Shown here piece by piece: positions 18,859 to 29,400 of a stretch of 64,000 bases of DNA; position 1 is the first letter of the stretch, and each line of letters starts with the position of its first letter. Origin of the DNA: Bauldia sp. (GTDB lineage: Bacteria; Pseudomonadota; Alphaproteobacteria; Rhizobiales; Kaistiaceae); assembly GCA_028284325.1 (NCBI GenBank), contig JANQRX010000011.1:11792-75791 (forward strand), given 5' to 3'. A program made the translations under genes and the position numbers. The notes beneath the pieces were generated by a model. It did no database searches. It saw only the letters and a program-made list of their open reading frames with translations, and was not told the origin of the DNA.

Positions 18859-19803
18859 GAGTTCCTGGCCCGCCTCGCTTGCGTGATACGCGCGCAACTC
18901 ACCGCGGGCCGTACCGCCCAGCGTCGCAAACGGCCTGCGACAGACGCCGACGTCGATGCCCTGCAATGACAGCAGATACTTGGTGCTGGCGAGCACGCCG
19001 TAGGGGATCATGATCCTCACCAGGTCACAGACCTTGGCCTGCTCGATCCTTGCGGCATCGAGGTCGCCGGCCGCGGCAAGCTCGTGCACGCGGCGGATAC
19101 GTCGGCCCTGCACGCAGTAGGTCGTGCCGATCCCCGCGTCCGCCCCCATGACCAGACCGGCCAGAAGGATCTCGTCGTAGCCGTTGAACAGCACGGCCCG
19201 CGGATGCGAACGCCGAAGTCCGTTCAGATGGAAGAGGTTGTGGTCGGTGTATTTCACGCCGGCAACGTTATCGATATCCAGCAGGCCCGCGAGTCTGGCC
19301 GGCTCCAGCCGAACGTTGGCCGTCGAGGGGGCGTAGTAGACCACCATGGGCAGGTCAGTCGCGCGCGTAAGCTCGGAAACGTAGGTATGCAGCTCGTCGG
19401 CGGAGAACCCGTAGTAGTGCGGCAGGGTTGACGACAGCGCGTGGAATCCAAGCGCCGCGGCGGCCTCGGCCATACGCTGCGCGGCGGTCAGCGAAACGGC
19501 GCCGACCTGGGCGATCAGATGGGTTTCCGGCGCGGCGGCCTGACAGACAACCCGGAACGTCTCGATCCGTTCCGCGTCGGTCAGCATCATGACTTCGGCC
19601 GATCCGCCGCCGGCATAGACCCCGCCAATCCCCTGGCCTTCGCCATGGCGGATCAGTTGCGCCAAAACATCGAGGTCGAGTGTTTCGTCGTCGCGAAACG
19701 GCGACAACGCGGCGGCGTGCAGCGTGCGCATGGCCGGCCTGGTCGTCCCGGCCTCAGCCGCTTTCGCGTCCGGATCGCCGGATGGAGGAATCGGCGTGCT
19801 CAT
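18844..19803 (-). CDS. dihydrodipicolinate synthase/N-acetylneuraminate lyase family (class I aldolase)
   Basis: 319 aa. GVYAGGGSAE motif and Schiff-base lysine context VAGVKYTD. Last gene of the ABC operon (ATGA overlap with the ATPase gene). Confidence 0.85.
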   Translation of the reverse strand: MSTPIPPSGDPDAKAAEAGTTRPAMRTLHAAALSPFRDDETLDLDVLAQLIRHGEGQGIGGVYAGGGSAEVMMLTDAERIETFRVVCQAAAPETHLIAQVGAVSLTAAQRMAEAAAALGFHALSSTLPHYYGFSADELHTYVSELTRATDLPMVVYYAPSTANVRLEPARLAGLLDIDNVAGVKYTDHNLFHLNGLRRSHPRAVLFNGYDEILLAGLVMGADAGIGTTYCVQGRRIRRVHELAAAGDLDAARIEQAKVCDLVRIMIPYGVLASTKYLLSLQGIDVGVCRRPFATLGGTARGELRAYHASEAGQELLELA

Positions 19804-20912
19804 CGGTTCGTCGTTCCACCATTGGCGACGGCGACGCCGTTGCGATCGAAGACGTGACAGAGACCGGCATCGAGGCCGAGTTCGATGTCGTCATAGGCGC
19901 GCGACGCGGCCGCACGGCCCTGCTTGCGAACGATCAGCGGGCCGGCGGGATTGTCGGGTGCATAGAGATACGCTTCGTCGCCCAGTTTCTCCACCGAGCC
20001 GACCGTGGTGCGCAGCCTCGCCCCCGATTCGTCCGGTTCGACGAAATGCTCGGGGCGTATCCCGATACTGACTTGATCGCCCACCTGCATGCCGTCCGTC
20101 GGGCAGTCGAAACGGAGCGGATCGCCGAGCTGCCCGTCGATCGCAACGCCGATCCCGGCCGCCGTCAGTTCCCTGAGTTCACCGGACAGGAAGTTCATCT
20201 TCGGTGATCCGATGAATCCGGCGACGAACCTGTTGCCCGGCCGTTCGTAAAGCTCGGTCGGCGTTCCGACCTGCTCGATGACGCCATCGCGCAGAACGAC
20301 GATGCGATCGGCCATCGTCATGGCTTCGATCTGGTCATGAGTGACGTAGATCGACGTGACGCCCAGATCGCGATGCAGGTTCGTCAGTTCGACCCGCATC
20401 TGCACGCGAAGCTCGGCATCGAGATTGGACAGCGGTTCGTCGAAAAGAAACACCTTCGGCTTGCGGACGATACACCTGCCGATCGCCACCCGCTGGCGCT
20501 GGCCGCCGGACAGCTCTCGCGGCTTTCGATCCAGCAGGTCCTCCAGGCGGAGCGTGCGGGCGATCTCCTCGACCTGGGCCCGGCGCTGCCGCCTCGGCAC
20601 GCCTTCCATGCGCAGCGCGAAGCTCATGTTGTCGGCCACGGTCATGTGCGGATAGAGCGCGTAGGACTGGAACACCATCGCGACCTGCCGTGCGGAGGGC
20701 GAGATGCCGCGCATGGACCGCCCGTCGATGCTCAGCTCTCCGTCCGTCAGCACCTCCAGCCCGGATATGAGCCGCAGGAGGGTCGACTTGCCGCAACCGG
20801 ACGGCCCGACGAACACGACGAACTCGCCCTCCTCCACATCGAGGTCCACCCCGTGGATCACATCCACTGGTCCGAACGACTTTCTGACGTTGCGCAACTC
20901 GACCATGCTCAT
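19800..20912 (-). CDS. carbohydrate ABC transporter ATP-binding protein (UgpC/MalK type)
   Basis: Walker [10 protein letters not shown], signature LSGGQRQR, Walker [12 protein letters not shown], and a C-terminal TOBE-like regulatory domain. Confidence 0.92.
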   Translation of the reverse strand: MSMVELRNVRKSFGPVDVIHGVDLDVEEGEFVVFVGPSGCGKSTLLRLISGLEVLTDGELSIDGRSMRGISPSARQVAMVFQSYALYPHMTVADNMSFALRMEGVPRRQRRAQVEEIARTLRLEDLLDRKPRELSGGQRQRVAIGRCIVRKPKVFLFDEPLSNLDAELRVQMRVELTNLHRDLGVTSIYVTHDQIEAMTMADRIVVLRDGVIEQVGTPTELYERPGNRFVAGFIGSPKMNFLSGELRELTAAGIGVAIDGQLGDPLRFDCPTDGMQVGDQVSIGIRPEHFVEPDESGARLRTTVGSVEKLGDEAYLYAPDNPAGPLIVRKQGRAAASRAYDDIELGLDAGLCHVFDRNGVAVANGGTTNR

Positions 20913-20923
20913 CGGAACAAGTC

Positions 20924-22048
20924 CTAGCCAATCTTCAGAACGGTTTGATGGATCGCGGTGACGTCGTCCGTCCGCGCGTAGTAGATGGCGACGACCTCGC
21001 CATCGCGGCGCACGCAGGCGGTGGGATAGCCCAGATCCATGTTCGGCAGGTCCCGAACGACGACCGGATCGTCCCAGTCGAACGTCATGCCGTCATCACC
21101 GGAGACGTAAAGGCGAATCCCGTACGGCGGAACGCGGCGGCCGACGATGACGGCCACGCGTCCGTCGGCGAGGCGAAACGGATTGGCCGGATACTCCGGA
21201 ACGCCAAGCGCCTCCGGCGCCGACCAGGTTGCGCCGCTGTCGTCGGAGACGACCCGGTACAGGCTGCGCGTCGTGAGTTCGCGCAGGAACAGGATCACCC
21301 GACCCTCATCGGTGACGATGCCGCCGGGTTCCTCGAAGTCGAGACCCTGTTCCTCCGCGACCACAAACGGCGCCGACCAGCTCGCACCGCCATCTGTCGA
21401 CTTGATGCCGAACGTCACGTGGTTGCGCGGCGCGTCGCTCAGCGCCAGGAAGATGCTCCCGTCGGGCAGGATCTGGCCGCCACGCATGCCATAGGCGCCC
21501 ATGTACGGCTGGAACGCGACCGGGTGCGCCTGCCGGAACGTTCGGCCGCCATCGTGGGAGACGCGAACCCACATCTCGCCGTTGCCGCGATACCAGGGGA
21601 ACAGGCGCTCGGCGCTGTCCTCGCTCGAAAACCAGTCGCCGATCTCCTGGGACTCGACCACCGACCGCAGAACGTCGCGTGGCCCCATGGTCGTCGCGCC
21701 GACGAGCCCGGCCTCGACCACCGGCGCCGGGTACCAGTGGAACCGCCACTGGTTCAGCATCACCGAAGAACCGCCGAGCGCGGTCAGGCCCGCGCATTCG
21801 GTGCCCGTCCAACTGTAGTCGGGCACCGGCGTCGGCGGCGACCACGAGCGGCCTTCATCGTCCGAGCGGGTCACATAGTTGGCGAACAATGGCTCCTGCG
21901 GCGGGTGGAGGATGCACGCGCGGCGCGGCGCCCGATTGAACACCATCACCCAGGCGCCGTCCTCGAGCACGACCGCGTGCGGGTGGGCGCAATAGGCGAG
22001 CGGCTCGGCATGAACGACGCTGTGCTGGAGGATGTCGGCGTTGGGCAT
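20924..22048 (-). CDS. BNR/Asp-box repeat protein (sialidase-fold glycosidase-like), cytoplasmic
   Basis: Five Asp-boxes: SDDEGRSWS, SHDGGRTF, STDGGASWS, SDDSGATWS and SGDDGMTF. No signal peptide and no obvious RIP motif. Confidence 0.75.
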   Translation of the reverse strand: MPNADILQHSVVHAEPLAYCAHPHAVVLEDGAWVMVFNRAPRRACILHPPQEPLFANYVTRSDDEGRSWSPPTPVPDYSWTGTECAGLTALGGSSVMLNQWRFHWYPAPVVEAGLVGATTMGPRDVLRSVVESQEIGDWFSSEDSAERLFPWYRGNGEMWVRVSHDGGRTFRQAHPVAFQPYMGAYGMRGGQILPDGSIFLALSDAPRNHVTFGIKSTDGGASWSAPFVVAEEQGLDFEEPGGIVTDEGRVILFLRELTTRSLYRVVSDDSGATWSAPEALGVPEYPANPFRLADGRVAVIVGRRVPPYGIRLYVSGDDGMTFDWDDPVVVRDLPNMDLGYPTACVRRDGEVVAIYYARTDDVTAIHQTVLKIG

Positions 22049-22055
22049 CTGTCGT

Positions 22056-22934
22056 CTACTGCTTGATCCCGCCCTGCGAGATGCCGGAGATGAAGTGTTT
22101 CTGGAGCAGGAAGAACACGACCAGGCTGGGAATGCTCAGCATGGTGATCGCCGCCATCGCAACCGCATAGCCTTCGATCTGGGTATGGGTTCCGACGTTG
22201 GGCGCGAACTGCGCAATCCCGACCGGCAGGGTCTTCATGCTCTCGTCGAAGGTGACCAGCAGCGGCCACAGGAAGTTGTTCCAGTTGAGGGTGAAGATGA
22301 TCACCGCGGCGGCGACGGCCGGCGCACGGGCGAGCGGAAAGGCGATCAGCCAGAAGGCGCGCATGATGTTGGCGCCGTCCATGCGCGCCGCGTCCAGCAG
22401 CTCTTGCGGAAACGACAGGAAGAACTGCCGGAAGATGTAGAGGCTGAGCACATTGGCGATCATCGGCAGGATCAGCGCCTGGTAGGTGCTGGCCCACCCG
22501 ACCTTCACGAAGGCGAGCAGCATCGGCACGACCGACACCTCGGTCGGCACCATCAGCGACGCCAGAAAGACCATGAAGATCGCCCCGCGGCCGGGAAACC
22601 GCATGCGGGCCAGGGCGAAGCCGGCCATGGCGCCGAAGACGACGCAGAAGAACGTGGCGATGATCGCCTGGACCGCGCTGTTGAGCGCCCAGCGCAGAAC
22701 CGGCAGTTCGAACACCTGGATGAAGTTGTCGATGGTCACCCGGCGGGGAATCCACTCGATGTGCGTGGTCAGGACATCCTCGGGATACTTGAACGACGTG
22801 GTGACCATCCACAGGAACGGTGACGCCCAGGCGAGGAGAAACAGCATGCCGCCGATCCAGATCGGGATGTCGACGACGCGCAGGCCCCGCTCGTGCAGAT
22901 ATGTGCTGATCCGCTCCACCAGCGCCGCCATCAC
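22056..22934 (-). CDS. carbohydrate ABC transporter permease (CUT1)
   Basis: EAA loop LLDAARMDGANIMRAFWLIAFPLARP. Six TM helices. Confidence 0.9.
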   Translation of the reverse strand: MMAALVERISTYLHERGLRVVDIPIWIGGMLFLLAWASPFLWMVTTSFKYPEDVLTTHIEWIPRRVTIDNFIQVFELPVLRWALNSAVQAIIATFFCVVFGAMAGFALARMRFPGRGAIFMVFLASLMVPTEVSVVPMLLAFVKVGWASTYQALILPMIANVLSLYIFRQFFLSFPQELLDAARMDGANIMRAFWLIAFPLARAPAVAAAVIIFTLNWNNFLWPLLVTFDESMKTLPVGIAQFAPNVGTHTQIEGYAVAMAAITMLSIPSLVVFFLLQKHFISGISQGGIKQ

Positions 22935-23839
22935 ACCGTCTCCCGGAGAACGGTGCGATGCAGGAGGGTGACGACAAGGATGAGGATGAACAGGAGCACG
23001 CCGATCGCCGAGGCGTAGCCGAACAGGTAACGCTCGATGGCAACGTTGTAGATGTAGTGGATGGGTGAGGCTGACGCGCCGGCCGGCCCGCCATTGGTCA
23101 TCACGTAGACCTGGCTGAAGATGCGCAGCGTGGCGATGAGCTGCAACGTCACGACCATCGACAGCGCCGGCCGTATCAGCGGCAGCGTGACGAACCAGAA
23201 ACGTTTGATCCGGTTCGCCCCATCCATTTCGGCCGCTTCAAGCAGGTCCTTGGGCACGTCCTGTAACGCCGCCAGAAAGAGGACGAAAGCGAGCCCCATG
23301 TCCCACCAGACCGAGGCGATCGAGACGCCGAAAATCACCCATTCGGCCGACGTCAGCCACGGGATCGGATCGACCCCCACCCGACCGAGATAGACGTTGA
23401 TCAGCCCGTACCTTGTGTCGAGCAGCCAGACCCACACCAACCCGATGACGGTTGCCGAGACGACGTGGGGCGCAAAGAACAGCGTGCGCGCGATGCCGGT
23501 CAGGGGGTAGCCGGCGTTCACGAACAGGGCCGCACCGAGCCCCAGGACGACCACCCCCGGAACGATGAGCAATCCGTAGATCAGGACGTTGGTGAACGCC
23601 TGGTGGATCCAGGGATCGCTCAGGGCCTGCAGATAGTTGGCGGCGCCAACCCAGTCGGGGCTGCCGATGATGTTCCACTCGGTCAGCGAAACGAACAGGC
23701 CGAACAGGATCGGCCCGACATTGAACAGCAGAAACGGGACCGCAAAGAAGGCGACGAACAGATAGCCCGTCCACTCGATCGGTTCCGCCTGTTTCATCCG
23801 GTGACCGCGCTGGTCGATCGCGGCGTGCTCGTCCTGCAT
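22931..23839 (-). CDS. carbohydrate ABC transporter permease (CUT1)
   Basis: EAA loop LLEAAEMDGANRIKRFWFVTLPLIRP. 4-nt overlap with the next permease gene. Confidence 0.9.
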   Translation of the reverse strand: MQDEHAAIDQRGHRMKQAEPIEWTGYLFVAFFAVPFLLFNVGPILFGLFVSLTEWNIIGSPDWVGAANYLQALSDPWIHQAFTNVLIYGLLIVPGVVVLGLGAALFVNAGYPLTGIARTLFFAPHVVSATVIGLVWVWLLDTRYGLINVYLGRVGVDPIPWLTSAEWVIFGVSIASVWWDMGLAFVLFLAALQDVPKDLLEAAEMDGANRIKRFWFVTLPLIRPALSMVVTLQLIATLRIFSQVYVMTNGGPAGASASPIHYIYNVAIERYLFGYASAIGVLLFILILVVTLLHRTVLRETV

Positions 23840-23856
23840 CGATTGGTACTCAAAAT

Positions 23857-23886
23857 GCCGTCCGGAAGATTACTCCCCCGGACGGC
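23857..23886 (-). other. intercistronic stem-loop after the SBP gene
   Basis: GCCGTCCGG (23857-23865) pairs with CCGGACGGC (23878-23886), giving a 9-bp GC stem. It lies between the SBP stop (23916) and the permease start (23839). Confidence 0.45.
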
Positions 23887-23915
23887 AAGATCACACGCCA
23901 AAGGCGTCGCCGAAC

Positions 23916-25295
23916 TCAGCCCTTGTCGAGATTGGCCTGCCAGTGGGCCTTGAGTTCCGCCATCACCTGCTCGGGCGTCTTGATGCCCGTCCAGGCGCCG
24001 TCGAGGGTCTTCTGCAGGAAGCCGCCGCCAGCGTAGATCGCGAACTCCGGCGAGGTGGTCACCGGCACGTCGGCGATGGTGGCGAATTCGAGCCCGTCGA
24101 TGAAGGCCTGGCGGTACTGCGGCGGATGGGCGTCGCTGATGTAGCGCGGATCGGCCGCGATCGACTTGCGCGGCGTTCCCCCGCGGCCCTTGGTGACCCA
24201 GAGCAGCGAGTTGTCGGACAGCCACTTCATCGCCGCCATCGTCTGCTCGTAACGGCTGGTATCGGACTGGACGTACATCTCCAGACCACCCATGTCGAAC
24301 CAGGTGACCTGCTTCTCGCCGACCTTCGGGAACAGGGCGGTCTTGAAGTTCAGCCCCTGCTGGATGTAGCCGTTGAGGGTCCACGGGCCGGTCCAGAAGA
24401 TCGAGCCCTGTCCGGTTCCGAAGCCCTTGTAGCGATCGGTCACCTCGCGGGTCGACACCTTGTGCTTGTCGAACAGGTCGATCACCCATTCCATCGCCCG
24501 GATGCCGGCCTCCTCGTTCACGCAGGCGGTCTTCAGGTCCGCGCTGGCGCGTTCGAAGCCCATCTGTGCGGAGACGATGCCCCAGGTGACGCTCGGATGG
24601 ATGTCGCTGCCCGTCATCATGATGCCGGAACGCGTGATCCCGGAGCTGTCGCTGCGGGTCATGGCCTTGGCCCACTCGATCAGCTCGTCGCCATCCTTCG
24701 GCGCGCTCTCCGGATCGAGACCGGAATCGACGACGTGATCCAGGTTGATCTCCGGCTGCATGCTCATGAGATCCATGGGCACGCACCATTTCGAATCGCC
24801 GTGTTGCGGATACCTGGTCTTGCTGACCGCAAAATCGTTGAAGTCGCCCCAGTCGAGACCGACCTGCATGGAGACCTCGTCGAGCGGAACTACGACGCCG
24901 TCGTTGATCTGCTGCAGCCGCCGACCGGTCTGACACCAGCCGAAGTCGGGCGCCTTGCCCGAAGCGGCGGCGGCCAGAACCTTGGTCATGTACTGGCTTC
25001 CGGTGACGACCTCGGAGCGGATCTGAACGCCCTTGTTCTTGTGGGCGTCGTTGAAGTTCTGGATCATCTGCGCCCAGACCTCACCGTCGGACGCGGTGAG
25101 CCAGCTCCATGTCACCAGCTCGATGGAATTCTGTGCCAGGGCCGGCATCGGGAACGTGCCCGTCGCGGCCGTGAGGCCGGCCACGCCGGCCGCCGAGGCG
25201 GCGCCTCCCAGAAAACGGCGTCGGTCGATCTGGCGTGTCCCGGCGCCGTTCGAACTCGGGCCGGCGCTCTTCCCGGATTTCGATTTCACAGTCAT
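23916..25295 (-). CDS. carbohydrate ABC transporter substrate-binding protein with Tat-type signal
   Basis: ATG at 25295, preceded by GGAGGAG. N-terminus ...TRQIDRRRFLGGAASAAGVAG...ALAQ is a twin-arginine signal. 459 aa. Confidence 0.88.
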   Translation of the reverse strand: MTVKSKSGKSAGPSSNGAGTRQIDRRRFLGGAASAAGVAGLTAATGTFPMPALAQNSIELVTWSWLTASDGEVWAQMIQNFNDAHKNKGVQIRSEVVTGSQYMTKVLAAAASGKAPDFGWCQTGRRLQQINDGVVVPLDEVSMQVGLDWGDFNDFAVSKTRYPQHGDSKWCVPMDLMSMQPEINLDHVVDSGLDPESAPKDGDELIEWAKAMTRSDSSGITRSGIMMTGSDIHPSVTWGIVSAQMGFERASADLKTACVNEEAGIRAMEWVIDLFDKHKVSTREVTDRYKGFGTGQGSIFWTGPWTLNGYIQQGLNFKTALFPKVGEKQVTWFDMGGLEMYVQSDTSRYEQTMAAMKWLSDNSLLWVTKGRGGTPRKSIAADPRYISDAHPPQYRQAFIDGLEFATIADVPVTTSPEFAIYAGGGFLQKTLDGAWTGIKTPEQVMAELKAHWQANLDKG

Positions 25296-25697
25296 TGGCT
25301 CCTCCGTTGTCGCCTCATGCCGCCAGCGAAAATCGCAACATCGCCGCTGCGCACGGGGTCGAGACTTGGCAAAGCGTAGACACGGCTCCGGGGAGCAACT
25401 GTGCAAAATACGACAGGGATTTATCAGAATTCTACAGGGGGCGCGGCGCAGGGTCTCGCGGCTCAGTGACCTGTTCGAACTGGTCACGGGCATGGGATAC
25501 TGCGACCACAACATTACATGAGTTGCGGCAAGCGTGGGACACTCGACCCGGCCTCCGCAGAACACTTCAGAAGAAGGCACGGTCCGAGTACCAGAAGAGG
25601 TGCGCCCCGAGTAACCGGACGAATACGACGATCCACATCACACTTGCCGAGACGGGCATTCGATCGACACAAGCCGTCTGCTAGGAAGGATGGACCA

Positions 25698-26393
25698 ATG
25701 CCAGCTGGGCGTCCCGCAAAAGTCGACCACGTCCGAGAAGCGTTCCTGCGCGAAGTGGACCAAGCCATCTCGCTAGTTGACGCGATCGGAGCTATTCCTG
25801 CCAAAGTTAGACCGTCGAACAACGTCGGGCTTCACCCTAAACACGCTGGTCAAGTGGCGGGTCTCGCCTTTATGGGCTTAGTGGCCTCGTGGGAGGAGTT
25901 CTTAGAAAGGACGTTGGTTCGCTACTTGACCGGCGCCAAGACAGATAGCGGCTACTCTCCAACACTTAGGGCCGGGCGAGCTCCGACAATTGAGAATGCC
26001 TATAAACTTCTTTCCCTTGACCCAGAATACAAGCCGGAGAAGTCCTTTCTGAAGGTCACGGACACCCGATGGGTGCGAATGGTGGCCGATTTCTATTTTT
26101 CTCGTCATCCCTACGGTGTCCTTCAGAACCAAACTGGCCTGCTGAAACACGCCAGCAAAATCCGCAATCGGATTGCTCACGGTTCAACTAAATGCAAAAC
26201 GGAGTTCAAGGACACCGCCATCTACTTCTTGCGGCCTCCAAATAATCGTTTGAAGCAAGGATTTGGACCGGCCGCACTCCTCCAGAGCCCGGTGCAACGT
26301 CATTTCGGTCAGCAGGCGGTTAATGCCCAGACGAGCCACCTCGCCGCGTATGCTGATTTCTTTCGATCAATGGCCAGATCGATTGTCCCTTAG
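25698..26393 (+). CDS. HEPN-motif protein (putative RNase / abortive-infection-like), family unresolved
   Basis: ATG at 25698 after AGGAAGGA. 231 aa and soluble. The C-terminal LLKHASKIRNRIAHGS contains the Rx4H HEPN catalytic motif. Local GC is about 45-58% on lines I counted, against about 67% in the flanks. Confidence 0.55.
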   Translation: MPAGRPAKVDHVREAFLREVDQAISLVDAIGAIPAKVRPSNNVGLHPKHAGQVAGLAFMGLVASWEEFLERTLVRYLTGAKTDSGYSPTLRAGRAPTIENAYKLLSLDPEYKPEKSFLKVTDTRWVRMVADFYFSRHPYGVLQNQTGLLKHASKIRNRIAHGSTKCKTEFKDTAIYFLRPPNNRLKQGFGPAALLQSPVQRHFGQQAVNAQTSHLAAYADFFRSMARSIVP

Positions 26394-26436
26394 TGGGCGT
26401 CGTGTCAGTTCATGTCGCGTGCCCGCGCCACTTCGC

Positions 26437-29400
26437 TCATTGCCCGGCCAGCAGGGCGGCGTTGCCGCCCGCCGCCGTCGTGTCGACGCACAGATGGCGC
26501 TCGAAGACCGCATGGGACCTGTCCGGCCGGGTCGTGACCAGCGGGATGATGGGCCCGGCCCGCGCGGCCAGCGCCTTCGCATAGGCCCGGGCGCGCGCGG
26601 CATCCCCCCACCACAGCGCGGCCGAGAAACCGCCGCATGCGGCAAGCGCCTCCGGCGAGAGGTTGCCCTCGACCTCGACGGCCTCGCCGCCCTCCGCCCG
26701 GATCGCGTCGGCCTGCGCAGCGGCGGCCACCGATCCGGGGCCAAGACAGAGGACCGGCGGGCGCGCGCAGAACCGTAAGAGGTTCAACTCGCCGGTGGGG
26801 CCGGGCATGAGCCGGTCGTCGAGGTGCCGTTCGGCCGCGTCGCAGGCCTGACCGACGGTCGGCGCGGACGTGTCTGACGACCATGCGCCTACGTCGCCAA
26901 TGCCCGGTTCGGACGCGAAGAACCGATCGAGATAGAGCGGCCCGCCGGCTTTCGGACCGGTCCCCGACAGGCCCTCGCCGCCGAACGGCTGGCAGCCGAC
27001 GACGGCGCCGATCTGGTTGCGGTTCACGTAGATGTTGCCGACGCGGAGCGCCTCGCCCACCGACTGCACGCGGTCGTTGATGCGCGTATGCAGTCCGAAG
27101 GTGAGACCGAACCTCCTCGCGTTGATCTCGTCGACCACCGCGCCGATGTCCTGCGACCGGAATGTCGCGACGTGGAGAACGGGGCCGAAGACCTCGCGCT
27201 CCACCTCGGCGATCCCGTCCACCCGGATCAGCACCGGCGGCACGAGGAACCCGCGGTCGGGCACGTCGCGTTTGTGGATGACGGCGTCGCCGCGCGAGGC
27301 GATGTAGGCCATGATGTCGTCGCGGGCCTCGCCGTCGATGACCGGTCCGATATCGGTCGCGACGTGCCACGGGTCGCCGATGGTGAGTTCGTCCATCGCG
27401 CCCCTGATCATCTCGATCATCTGCGGCGCGCAGTCCTCCTGAAGGTAGAGGCAGCGCAGCGCCGAGCACCTCTGTCCCGCCGACTGGAATGCCGAGGCTA
27501 TGACGTCGCGCGTGCCCTGCTCCGGCAAGGCGGTGCTGTCGACGATCATCGCGTTGATCCCGCCGGTCTCCGCGATGAGCGGCGTCCCCGGTGCGAGGTG
27601 TTCAGCCATGGCGCGGGCGATGGTCTTGGCCGTTTCGGTGGAACCGGTGAAGACGACGCCGCGCACGCGCGCGTCCGAGGTGATGGCCGTGCCCACCGTC
27701 GCGCCGCCGCCGGGCAGAAGCTGCAGCGCCGAACGCGGTACGCCCGCCCGGTGCAACAGGTCGACGGCCAGGGTCGCGATGATGGCCGTCTGTTCGGCCG
27801 GCTTCGCGAGCACGGCGTTACCCGCCATCAGCGCCGCCGCGATCTGGCCAGTGAAGATCGCCAGCGGAAAGTTCCATGGGCTGATGGCCGACACGAGACC
27901 GCGCGGGGGCCGCGTGTCGGTCTCACCCTCGGCCGCGTAGTAGCGCAGGAAATCGACGGCCTCGCGCAATTCGCCGACCGCATCGGGGATCGTCTTGCCG
28001 GCCTCGCGGGCGAGGACGGCCAGGATCGGACCGTAGCTGTCCTCGTAGAGGTCGGCGGCGCGACGCAGCACCGTTGCGCGCTCGTGCGCGGGCGCGGTCC
28101 AGATCGCCGCATCATCAAGGGCGCGGGCAACCGTGTCCGCGTCGGCCTCCGTCACATGGGCTATGGGTTCGCCGGACGCCGGGTCGATGACGGCGCGCGT
28201 CGCGCCCGTCGGCGGTGACACGGTCAGCGGGCGCGCGTCGGGAAGGACCACCTCCCGCGCCGCGTCGATCCCGGCCAGGACCCCCTCGTCGGACAGGTCG
28301 AAGCCGCGCGAGTTCGCGCGGCCGGCACCGACAATGGCCGAAGGCGGTTTCAGCCCGGCAGGCGGCTCGGCCGCCGGCAAGGCCTCGAACGGGTCCCGGG
28401 CAATGTCCTCGGCGCGGACGTTCGTGTCCACGATCTGGTGGACGAAGGACGAGTTGGCGCCGTTCTCCAGAAGCCGACGCACGAGGTAGGCGAGCAGATC
28501 GCGATGCTCACCGACCGGCGCGTAGATCCGGCACCTGCATCCGGTCTCCTTTATGACCATGTCGTGCAGGTTTTCGCCCATGCCGTGCAGGCGCTGGAAC
28601 TCGAACGGCCGGCCTTCCGCCAGCTCCAGCACGGCGGCGACGGTGTGGGCGTTGTGCGTGGCGAACTGCGGAAAGATGCGGTCGCCGAGGCCGAAGAGCT
28701 TGCTGGCCAGACAGATATACGCGACATCCGTGGCCGCCTTGGAGGTGAAGAGCGGGAAATCCGGCATGCCGGCGACCTGCGCAAGCTTCATCTCCGTGTC
28801 CCAGTAGGCGCCCTTGACCAGCCGGATGTTGATCCTGCGGTCATGGCGGGAGGCCATGTCGTGGAGCGCGTCGATCGCCGGGCCGGCGCGCTTGCCGTAG
28901 GCCTGAACGACCATGCCGAGGCCGTCCCAGCCCGCGAACGCGGGATCCGCAAGCAGTTCCTCGAACAGCTTCAGCGAGATCACGAGGCGGTCCTGTTCCT
29001 CCGCATCGATGTGGAGCGCGATGCCGGCGTCCTTCGCGTCGCGGGCAAGGCGATGGAGAACGGGGAGAAGCTCCGCCATCACCCGCCGCTCCTGCGCCAC
29101 CTCGAAGCGGGGATGGAGGGCCGACAGCTTGACGGAAAGCCCCGGATTGTCGGCGGTCGTGTCGTGCGCGGCGTGCCGGCCGATCGCGGCGATGGCCGAG
29201 GCATAGGCTTGGGCGTAGTGCTCCGCGTCCGCCCTGGTCCGGGCGGCCTCGCCCAGCATGTCGAAGGAGTAGGTGTAGCCCCTCGCCTCCTGCGCCTCGC
29301 CACGCTTGATCGCCGCCTCGATGCTCTCGCCCAGGACGAACTGACGCCCCAGTTCCTTCATCGCGCCGGCGACGGCGGCCCGGATCACCGGCTCGCCAAG

